This document shows, one piece after another, positions 8,417-15,910 of a DNA stretch of 64,000 nt. Origin of the DNA: Mycobacteriales bacterium (lineage in GTDB: Bacteria; Actinomycetota; Actinomycetes; BP-191); assembly GCA_035714365.1 (NCBI GenBank), contig DASTMB010000064.1, forward strand, positions 31,785-95,784, written 5' to 3'. Every line of letters begins with the position of its first letter. Position 1 is the stretch's first letter. A model generated the notes under the pieces. It was not told where the DNA came from and searched no databases. It was given only the letters and a program-made list of their open reading frames with translations. The position numbers were made by a program, and so were the translations under genes.

Positions 8417-9445
8417 TCAGTCGCACTGCACCGACGGCAGGGTGCAGACCACGCCGTGGCCGTTGTCGCTCGCGCTGATCGTCTCGTCGACCACGATCGT
8501 GGTGCCGACGGGCGTCTGGAGCTCGCGGTGGATGCGGGTCCGGCTGCCGGGGCTGACCGGCGTGCGCGGGACCCGGACCAGGGCGTCGGGCCGCGGAGCG
8601 GTGACCCGCGGCTGGCGGAACGCGCCGCCGGCGGAGCCGCCCGCGGCCGCGCGGCGCACCGCGCGGGTCGTGGCCGCCCGCACCGGGACGGCGTCGCGCG
8701 CGTCGCGCGTGGACGCCGACGCGGTGACGCCGCGGTCCAGCCGGGGCGCGGCCGCCTCGGGGGCCGGGGTGACGCCGACGCTGAAGACGACCGTGCCGGC
8801 GAACGCGCAGACCGCCGTGCCGGCGGCCGCCGCGGACAGGCCGCGCGGGCGGCGGCGGAAGACCCCGCGCACGCCCCACACGACCGCCACGGCACCGCCG
8901 CCCAGCGCGCGGACCTCGTTCGCGAACGTCCGCCGCGCGCGCTGGAGCGCCTTGCGGACGGCGTACTCGGTGGAGCCGACGAGCTGCGCGATCGTCGGGC
9001 AGTTCAGCTCGTCCACCTCGTAGAGGACGAGGATGCGGCGCTGCGTCGCGGGGAGCGACTTCAACGCCCGCCGCACCAGGCTGCGCCGCTCGTCCAGCAG
9101 CAGCGCGGGCTCGGGGAGCGCCGCGTCGGCCGGGACCTCGTCGTGCAGCACGGTGTCGTCGTCGGTCGCCTCGCAGAGGCGGCGGGCCCGGGCGAGGTCG
9201 CACGCGATGTTGCGGGCGACGCGGACCAGCCAGGCCCACGTCTCCGCCTCGGTGCGCCGCCGGTCGAGCGACCGCAGGGCGCGCGTCAGCGCCTCCTGGG
9301 CGATCTCGTCGGCGTCCCGCGGCCCGAAATGGCAGGTCACGTAACGCAGGAGCTGCGGGTGGTACTGCCGGTACAGCCCGGTGAACTCGTCGTCGGAACT
9401 CCGCGACGGCTCGGTGGGAACCGGCGCCACAAGTGCGTTGCTCAC
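8417..9445 (-). CDS. ECF (sigma-70 family) sigma factor with a roughly 170-aa C-terminal extension containing a predicted transmembrane helix
   Basis: Region 2 reads FTGLYRQYHPQLLRYVTCHFGPRDADEIAQEALTRAL. Region 4 reads LKSLPATQRRILVLYEVDELNCPTIAQLVGSTEYAVRKALQRARRTF. These are followed by RRRPRGLSAAAAGTAVCAFAGTVVFSVGV and an Ala/Arg/Thr-rich tail ending in VCTLPSVQCD. Confidence 0.8.
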   Translation of the reverse strand: MSNALVAPVPTEPSRSSDDEFTGLYRQYHPQLLRYVTCHFGPRDADEIAQEALTRALRSLDRRRTEAETWAWLVRVARNIACDLARARRLCEATDDDTVLHDEVPADAALPEPALLLDERRSLVRRALKSLPATQRRILVLYEVDELNCPTIAQLVGSTEYAVRKALQRARRTFANEVRALGGGAVAVVWGVRGVFRRRPRGLSAAAAGTAVCAFAGTVVFSVGVTPAPEAAAPRLDRGVTASASTRDARDAVPVRAATTRAVRRAAAGGSAGGAFRQPRVTAPRPDALVRVPRTPVSPGSRTRIHRELQTPVGTTIVVDETISASDNGHGVVCTLPSVQCD

Positions 9446-9616
9446 GCCTGGGTGCCTCTGCGGGGGTCAGGTTCTCGCGCGACGTTCGCGCGGTGGGCTC
9501 AACGCATGATGAGGCGGTAGGTGACGGTTGGCAAGAGTGGCACAGGACCAATGTCCCGATCCGGGTGGCTCGTCCGTACTACGAGAGCCACACCTATCGG
9601 GAGGGGCCCAATCCGC

Positions 9617-11173
9617 ATGTCCGGCGCGAGCGTGACCACGTCCGTGGCACCCGCGCGCCCGGCGGAAGCGGACACCGTAGGACATTTCACTCCCTGGGTA
9701 CAGACCGACACCGTCCTCGCCGCCGGCTGCCGCCTCGCGCGGGACGTGCTCGGCGTGCGCCGCGCCAGCGTCCTCGTGCTGGACGAGCCCGGCCGCCTGG
9801 TGCCCGCCGTCTCCGTCGCCCGCGAGGACCACGCCGAGCTGTGGCAGCGGTTCCGCCGGATGCGCCCCATCGCGCTCGACGTCACCCCCGCCGTCGCGGC
9901 CGTCCTCACCGAGCCGCGCGTCGTCGTCGTCCCCGACGCCGCCCGCTCCGGGCTGGTGCCGGAGGAGTGGCGGACGGCGTTCGGGCTCACCTCGCTCGCC
10001 ATCGCGCCGTTGCACGTCGAGGGCCGCCCCTGGGGCGTGCTCGTCGTCGACGACGCCCGCGGGGCCGTCGGCGCCGGCTGTGTCCGCGCCCTCGCCGACC
10101 TCGCCGCCACCGTCACCGCCGCCGTCGCCGCCACCGAGCGCGCCGCCGCGCTCGACGCCGAGCACGCGCTGCGCGCGGCGCTGCCCGCCGTCCTGGACCG
10201 GCTCGCCGACGACCGCGACCTCGCCGCCGCCGTCGACGCCGTCGCCCCGCACCTGCTCGCCGCGACCGGCTACGAGCTGCTCGACGCCGTGCTCTCCGAC
10301 CGGCGCCTCGCCCCGGCGTTCCCGGTCGGCCGCACCGGCGAGTTCAAGACCGTCCTCCGCCAGCTCCGCGGCGGCGCCCCCGACGCGCCCTGCTCCGACG
10401 GCCGGCTCGTCGTCCCGCTGCGCGCCGCCGGGTCGCTGCTCGGGCTGCTCGAGCTGCGTTCGCGCGCCGCCGAGCCGCGCCGCCTCGACCTGCTGCACGA
10501 GACCGCCGACCGCTTCTCCACCACGATCGCGCTCGTCGCCGAGCGGGAGCGGGCGGCCGCGGCGGCCGCCGACGCCGAGCACGGCGCCGAGCGGGTCGCG
10601 CTCGCGCTCGCGACCATCGACCGCACGCTGCGGGCGTTCCGCGGCCCCGGCTACGCGCACCGTCTCGGCGCCGCGCTCGTCCCCGTCCCCTCGACCGCCG
10701 CCGGCCGGCGCGCCGTCGAGGAGCTCGACGAGGTACGCCGCGTGCTCGCCGTCAGCGGCCACGGCACCCTGCCGGCCGCCCTCCGTGCCCTCCTGGACGC
10801 CGGCGCGCTCGTGCCCGACGAGATCCAGTGGAACGTCACCGGTACCCCCCGGCCCCTCCCGCCGGCGACCGAGATCGCCGTGCTGCGCAGCGCCGCCCGG
10901 TTCCTCACGCTGGCGCGTGAGGCCCGGGGGCGTGTCGTTGTGGCCCGTCTCTCGTTCTCCCCGGCACGGCTCGAGTGCCTGTTCGCCACGAACGGCCTCC
11001 TGCCCGACCCGGTCGACCTCGACGGCGACCGGATCCACCCGTGGGTCAGAGAGGTGGGGGGCACGGTGGAGTGCGACTCGCTCGACGAGATCGTCGGCGT
11101 GCGGCTCAGCGTCCCGTACGTCCTGCCCGACCGCACGAGCGACCGCCGCCCAGCACCGGCCCGCGCCCGGTAA
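9617..11173 (+). CDS. Tandem-GAF sensor protein with a degenerate histidine-kinase-like C-terminus
   Basis: ATG at 9617 preceded by GGGAGGGG. There are two GAF-like blocks (ASVLVLDEPGRLVP...LAIAPLHVEGRPWGVLVVDD and LVVPLRAAGSLLGLLEL). A dimerisation-helix-like segment (ERVALALATIDRTLRAF) and an ATPase-like tail follow, both without clear H/N/G boxes. Confidence 0.55.
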   Translation: MSGASVTTSVAPARPAEADTVGHFTPWVQTDTVLAAGCRLARDVLGVRRASVLVLDEPGRLVPAVSVAREDHAELWQRFRRMRPIALDVTPAVAAVLTEPRVVVVPDAARSGLVPEEWRTAFGLTSLAIAPLHVEGRPWGVLVVDDARGAVGAGCVRALADLAATVTAAVAATERAAALDAEHALRAALPAVLDRLADDRDLAAAVDAVAPHLLAATGYELLDAVLSDRRLAPAFPVGRTGEFKTVLRQLRGGAPDAPCSDGRLVVPLRAAGSLLGLLELRSRAAEPRRLDLLHETADRFSTTIALVAERERAAAAAADAEHGAERVALALATIDRTLRAFRGPGYAHRLGAALVPVPSTAAGRRAVEELDEVRRVLAVSGHGTLPAALRALLDAGALVPDEIQWNVTGTPRPLPPATEIAVLRSAARFLTLAREARGRVVVARLSFSPARLECLFATNGLLPDPVDLDGDRIHPWVREVGGTVECDSLDEIVGVRLSVPYVLPDRTSDRRPAPARAR

Positions 11174-11193
11174 CCCAGCGAAGGAATCGTCAG

Positions 11194-11787
11194 ATGCCCA
11201 CTCGGAAGCTGCTCGCTCTCGCCGCCGTCACCCCGCTCGTCCTGACGGCGCCAGTCGCGCACGCCGCGACCAAGCCGAAGCCGAAGAAGCCGGTCTGCAA
11301 CCTGATCAAGGACGGGGCCAGCGACGGCACCGGCACCGCCACGGGCGCCGCGGGCCCGAACGACCCGAACCTCGACATCCTCGGCGCCGACATCGCCACC
11401 AACGCCAAGACGCTCACCACGTTGATCCGGCTCAGCGCCGTCGACGGCTCGGGTGACACGTCGCCGGCGGGCCGTTCGTTCACCGTGAGCTTCACGGTGA
11501 ACAAGAAGGACGTCTCGCTCCGCGCCAGCATCGGACCGAACAACCTCAACACCTGGCCGAACGGCGGCACCGGCGCGGTGGACACGAAGACGAAGTCGGT
11601 GCGGTTCTCGGTCCCGCTCTCGTCCCTGAACGTCCCGATCAAGGCCAACGACAAGTTCACCAACCTCGACGTCAAGTCGTGGCGCTGGGTCTCCGGCGGC
11701 AACGTCGCGCTGGGTGTCGTCGACGACGCCAGCAGCACGGCGACCTACCTCTCCGCCTGGCCGTCCTGCGTCAAGGTCGGCGTCTGA
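11194..11787 (+). CDS. Secreted protein, unknown function
   Basis: AAGGAA Shine-Dalgarno sequence, then ATG at 11194. The signal peptide is MPTRKLLALAAVTPLVLTAPVAHA. Its stop overlaps the next start (TGATG at 11785-11789). Confidence 0.65.
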   Translation: MPTRKLLALAAVTPLVLTAPVAHAATKPKPKKPVCNLIKDGASDGTGTATGAAGPNDPNLDILGADIATNAKTLTTLIRLSAVDGSGDTSPAGRSFTVSFTVNKKDVSLRASIGPNNLNTWPNGGTGAVDTKTKSVRFSVPLSSLNVPIKANDKFTNLDVKSWRWVSGGNVALGVVDDASSTATYLSAWPSCVKVGV

Positions 11788-12434
11788 TGCGTCGTTCGTC
11801 CCTCGCGGCCGTCGCCGCGCTGGCCACCGTGACGCTCGCCGCGTGCGGGTCGTCCGCGCCCGCGCGGCACGGCGCCGCGCCCGTGGCCGCGACATCGGGC
11901 GTCCCGGCCGCCACGTCCACCGCGAGCACCCGCCCCGGCCACGCCGGATCCGTCCCCACGACGGCGCCCGCGGGCCGGTCCGGGACCACCGGGACGAACG
12001 GCACCACGGGGTCGGCGCAGCCGCCCGCCGCGGGGACGGCGGGCACCACGCCGAGCACCGCGCAGCAGCAGCCGCCGTCGTACGAGGCCACGCCGGAGGA
12101 GCTGCCGATCGAGGCCGCCGTGCTCCCCGCGTGCGTCCCCGCCGGCGGCGTCGCGAAGCTCACCGTCCACACGGTGAAGAAGGCCGCGCTCGCCTTCGTC
12201 GCCGTCTACGCCGGCAACAAGAGCGGCGCCGCGCCGCCGTGGGGCCAGGGCTACGGCGGCAACGACAAGGGCACCGCGGACACCAACGGCGACTGGTCCG
12301 CCACCTGGACCGTCGCGGTCAACACGCCTCCGGGCCCGGCGAACGTGATCCTCGTCGCCGGCTCGAAGGGCAAGCAGCGCCAGATCACGGTGCCGTTCAC
12401 CGTGGGCGGGGGAGCGGGCGGCTGCGCCATGTAA
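11787..12434 (+). CDS. Lipoprotein, unknown function
   Basis: MRRSSLAAVAALATVTLAAC carries a lipobox (LAAC). A Thr/Gly/Pro-rich linker and a C-terminal domain follow. It is translationally coupled to the preceding gene. Confidence 0.65.
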   Translation: MRRSSLAAVAALATVTLAACGSSAPARHGAAPVAATSGVPAATSTASTRPGHAGSVPTTAPAGRSGTTGTNGTTGSAQPPAAGTAGTTPSTAQQQPPSYEATPEELPIEAAVLPACVPAGGVAKLTVHTVKKAALAFVAVYAGNKSGAAPPWGQGYGGNDKGTADTNGDWSATWTVAVNTPPGPANVILVAGSKGKQRQITVPFTVGGGAGGCAM

Positions 12435-12438
12435 GCGG

Positions 12439-12472
12439 GGGACCTGACGCGCCCCTACGTCGCGTCAGTCCC
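12439..12472 (+). terminator. Stem-loop after the lipoprotein gene
   Basis: GGGAC(c)TGACGCG - 9-nt loop - CGCGTCAGTCCC, starting 5 nt after the stop codon. Confidence 0.45.
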
Positions 12473-12566
12473 GGTAACCGCGTCTTCGGGCTGCAGACCG
12501 GAGACAAGGGAGCCGGATACAGCGGACCGAGCCGTTCGGTCCGTACGTCTCAATGAGGAGAGTGCA

Positions 12567-13031
12567 GTGAAGGCAATCCTGCGTAGTGCGGTCGTCGCGG
12601 CCGGTATCGCCGCGGCGTCGGTCGCCGGTGTCATGCCGGCGTCGGCCGCCCAGGGTGGCGCGTTCGCGTTCACCGGCGAGACCACGCTCACCTGCTTCGG
12701 CTGTGGGCACAAGGAGGGTCAGTCCGCGACCCTGAACGTCACGGGCGCGACCCTGACCCCGCCCGGCACCCTCGGTGGTTCCGCGAACGCCAGCTTCGCG
12801 ATCGACGAGCAGGGCGGCGCGCTCTGCCTCGTCACCGGCTCGGCGAACGGCTCCGTCTCCGGTGCCGGCCTGTCGGTGAACTTCAACTGGACCCGCGTGG
12901 GTGCCGTCGCCGTCATCACGACGACCGGTTCGGTCAACGGTGCCGGTGTCGCCGTGTTCGTGACCGACCCCGGCATCACCTGCGGTGGCCCGGTGCACGC
13001 CCAGTTCGCCGGTGCGGTTGCCGGTAGCTGA
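12567..13031 (+). CDS. Secreted protein, unknown function
   Basis: GAGGAG Shine-Dalgarno sequence, then GTG. The signal peptide is MKAILRSAVVAAGIAAASVAGVMPASA. The mature part is Gly/Thr-rich and looks beta-rich, with 5 Cys. Confidence 0.6.
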   Translation: MKAILRSAVVAAGIAAASVAGVMPASAAQGGAFAFTGETTLTCFGCGHKEGQSATLNVTGATLTPPGTLGGSANASFAIDEQGGALCLVTGSANGSVSGAGLSVNFNWTRVGAVAVITTTGSVNGAGVAVFVTDPGITCGGPVHAQFAGAVAGS

Positions 13032-13050
13032 CGCGTCCTGAAGACGGACG

Positions 13051-13087
13051 CCGTGGCGCGGGTCGGGGGCATCGACCCGCGCCACGG
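13051..13087 (+). terminator. Strong stem-loop (15-bp perfect stem, 7-nt loop) followed by a T-containing tract
   Basis: CCGTGGCGCGGGTCG ggggcat CGACCCGCGCCACGG, then tcgtcccttccgtttctg. Confidence 0.6.
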
Positions 13088-13138
13088 TCGTCCCTTCCGT
13101 TTCTGTAGTCGTCCCGTTACCGTGGGAGTCCCAGCGAC

Positions 13139-15910
13139 ATGATCGGTTCCCGACGCGCGTCCCGCGTCCTCGCGACGGCGGCACTCACAGTGCTCGCCGC
13201 GCCCTTCGTCGTCTCCGTCGCCCCGTCGACGCTGGCGGCCGGTGGCGGCGAGACCGGACCGTTGCACGTCGTCGGCTCGCTGCCGATGCCGCAGGGGGCC
13301 GCGAAGGACACCAACCGGTTCGGCACCATTGTCGGCATCGACGCCCCGAGCCGGCGGCTGTTCTACATGTACACGGACACGTCGCTGGTCAACCACCTGG
13401 TCACCTACGACCTGCGCTCGCGCATCCCCAAGCAGGTCGCGAACGGCGTGCTCGGCCCGGAGGGCGACTTCCCGGCCGCCAACAGCTACACCACCGCGTA
13501 CGACAGCCGCCGCCACCAGCTCGTGTTCATCACTCCGTCGGTGGAGGTCGCGGGCCAGTCGGCGCAGGTGGGTACCGGCGCGATCGCCGTGTACGACGAC
13601 GCGTCGCACAAGGTCGTCAAGAGGTGGAACCTCGGCTCCTCGGCGCCGGGCTTCTACCCGTTCGGCATCACCTACTCGGCGGCGGACGACCGGCTCTACG
13701 CGGTCGGGGAGTTCTCCGCGCAGCGGTTCGTCGCGGACGGCACCGTCGTCGGCGGCGGCAAGATCGTCGGCCCGGGCAGCGCCGTCGTCGCGCTGAACCC
13801 CAGCACCGGCGGGGCGGAGTGGATCCGCCCGATCACCGACTGCCAGCAGGTCCTGTACTCGAAGGGCATCGGGTCCCTCATCGCCCGCAGCCGCGCGCAC
13901 GCGGCGCTGTACTTCACCTGCGTGAGCGGCGGCTCGCCCGCCGGCCAGACCTACCCCGGCCAGGCCGGGCTGGTGCGGATGAACATCGACCCGAAGGGTG
14001 ACGCGGCCGCCCAGGCGAGCCACCCGCAGGAGTTCTTCGCGATCTCCGGCAGCTACTACTCCGGCGGCTCGGGCAGCGGCGTCGCCGCCTTCGACCCGAC
14101 GACCGACCGCTTCTACCTCCAGAGCATCTCGTTCAAGACCCCCGGCGCCTGGGTGTTCGACGGCCGCCTCACGTCGTGGGTCGGCTTCGTCTCCTCGAAG
14201 AGCGACGCCGACTTCTTCATCGGCATCAACGAGGGCCTCGGCCACCTCTACATCGGCACCAAGCGCGGCGGCAAGGTCGAGCCGAACGACGGCATCCTCG
14301 TCGCGGACGTGCGCCAGACCCCGGTGCCGGCCGGCGAGTTCCAGCAGCTCCTCACGACCGCGCTGCTGCCGACGGACGCCCAGAGCAGGCGGCTGTTCGT
14401 CCGGCCGGTCGACTCGGCGGCGCAGTACCTCGTGGTCGAGGACGTCACGGCCGTCACCGACGGCGTGAGCGACCTCGACTACGACGCGCAGACCTCCGGC
14501 GCGCCGGACGTCCCCGCGTCCCACATCTTCTTCGCCGCCGACGCGACCGGCTTCGGCGCCGAGTCCGTCCAGGTGGGCGGCACCGGGTCGCCGCCGACCG
14601 CCGTCGGCCCGGGGGCGCCCACGCTGCCGCTGCTGCCCGGCCCGCGCGCGCTCATGAGCGCGCACGTCGGCGGTATCGACCTGCGCACCGACGGCGCCGC
14701 GGCGGCGGCCCAGGCGGCGCAGCTCGACGCGGCGTCGCTCCAGGAGTACGAGAACCGCGGCCAGGTGTGGCCGTACCCCGGCGACGCCTGCCTCGACGCG
14801 GGTGGCCGCAAGGTCACCAAGACGTTCCGGGACGACGGCGCGACCGGCCCCGCCAACGGCGGCGCGTTCACGATCGTGTGCGACCTCGCGCACAACACTG
14901 TCACGGCGGACGTGCGCATGGGCGCCTCCGGCGCCGGGGGCACCACCGTCAGCAAGTCGTCGTACCACGTGGTCGCGACCCGCGACCGCAAGAACGGCGT
15001 CGTCAACAGCACCGAGGCCGCTGCCGACGGCGTGGCGTTCGACGTGCAGGGTGGCTACGCGGTCCGCTTCGGCCGCGTCGAGACGACCACGCGGGCCGAG
15101 GCACACGGTCGCGCCGGCACCGCCCACGCGACGTGGACGCGCACGCTCGAGGGCGTGCGGATCATCGACCCCCTCGGCAAGGTGCTGCTCAGCCTGCCCG
15201 GCTGCGCGTCGCACGTCGAGGCCAAGGACGGCAGGACGACCACCAGCACCGACAGCTGCCAGCGGCTCGCCGACGTCGTGAACAAGGCGCTGCCGACGCG
15301 GTTCCGGATGGAGTTCCCGGTGCCGTTGGTGCGCGCCACGGCAAAGGGCGCGTTCGCCACCGTCGAGCAGAGCGAGGCGCAGTACTTCCAGCAGAGCGTC
15401 GTCAACAGCCAGGGCGTCATCTACCGCGGCGACTCCGTCGGTCTCCGGCCGGCGCCCGCGGTCGTCACCGAGGCGTACAACGACACCACCGAGCGCTCGC
15501 GCACGGTGACCGTGCTCGCGGCGTCGCAGTCCAACGCGATCTTCAACGCGGTGCCGGCGTTCGATTTCGGCAACGGTGACGGCGGCGGTGGCGGGAGCGG
15601 CGGCGACGGTGGTGGTGGCGGCGACGGCACGCAGCCGGGTGTCAGCGGCGGCACCGGGACCGCCCTCGGGCCCGGCGGCACCGTGCGACCGCCGACCGGG
15701 AACGTCGACCAGCCGGTCCTGGGCAACGGCGGCACCGCGGCCGGCAACCCGACCAACCTCAGCGGCTACTTCTTCATGCGTCGCGGGCTGCGCGACGCGA
15801 TCCTGCTCGTCCTGCTCTCCGGGCTGCTGTTCGCCGGGTGTGGCACCTACTGGCGTCGCCGTCGTCTCGTCGACGTCCTCGTCACCGTCTCCGGGAAGGA
15901 AGCTCTGTGA
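13139..15910 (+). CDS. Large secreted protein, beta-propeller-like N-terminal region, Gly-rich spacer, C-terminal TM anchor
   Basis: 923 aa. The signal peptide is MIGSRRASRVLATAALTVLAAPFVVSVAPSTLAAG. Blade-like segments repeat (LVTYDL, LVFITP, IAVYDD, LYAVGE, ...). A GDGGGGGSGGDGGGGGDG tract is followed by AILLVLLSGLLFAGCGTYWRRRR. The stop overlaps the next start (GTGA at 15907-15910). Confidence 0.6.
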   Translation: MIGSRRASRVLATAALTVLAAPFVVSVAPSTLAAGGGETGPLHVVGSLPMPQGAAKDTNRFGTIVGIDAPSRRLFYMYTDTSLVNHLVTYDLRSRIPKQVANGVLGPEGDFPAANSYTTAYDSRRHQLVFITPSVEVAGQSAQVGTGAIAVYDDASHKVVKRWNLGSSAPGFYPFGITYSAADDRLYAVGEFSAQRFVADGTVVGGGKIVGPGSAVVALNPSTGGAEWIRPITDCQQVLYSKGIGSLIARSRAHAALYFTCVSGGSPAGQTYPGQAGLVRMNIDPKGDAAAQASHPQEFFAISGSYYSGGSGSGVAAFDPTTDRFYLQSISFKTPGAWVFDGRLTSWVGFVSSKSDADFFIGINEGLGHLYIGTKRGGKVEPNDGILVADVRQTPVPAGEFQQLLTTALLPTDAQSRRLFVRPVDSAAQYLVVEDVTAVTDGVSDLDYDAQTSGAPDVPASHIFFAADATGFGAESVQVGGTGSPPTAVGPGAPTLPLLPGPRALMSAHVGGIDLRTDGAAAAAQAAQLDAASLQEYENRGQVWPYPGDACLDAGGRKVTKTFRDDGATGPANGGAFTIVCDLAHNTVTADVRMGASGAGGTTVSKSSYHVVATRDRKNGVVNSTEAAADGVAFDVQGGYAVRFGRVETTTRAEAHGRAGTAHATWTRTLEGVRIIDPLGKVLLSLPGCASHVEAKDGRTTTSTDSCQRLADVVNKALPTRFRMEFPVPLVRATAKGAFATVEQSEAQYFQQSVVNSQGVIYRGDSVGLRPAPAVVTEAYNDTTERSRTVTVLAASQSNAIFNAVPAFDFGNGDGGGGGSGGDGGGGGDGTQPGVSGGTGTALGPGGTVRPPTGNVDQPVLGNGGTAAGNPTNLSGYFFMRRGLRDAILLVLLSGLLFAGCGTYWRRRRLVDVLVTVSGKEAL

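Noticed and set aside
9531-9550. A sigma-54-like TGGCAC element (ttggcaagagTGGCACagg) in the sigma/GAF divergent region.
   Set aside because: There is no TTGCW element at the required spacing, and actinobacteria generally lack RpoN.
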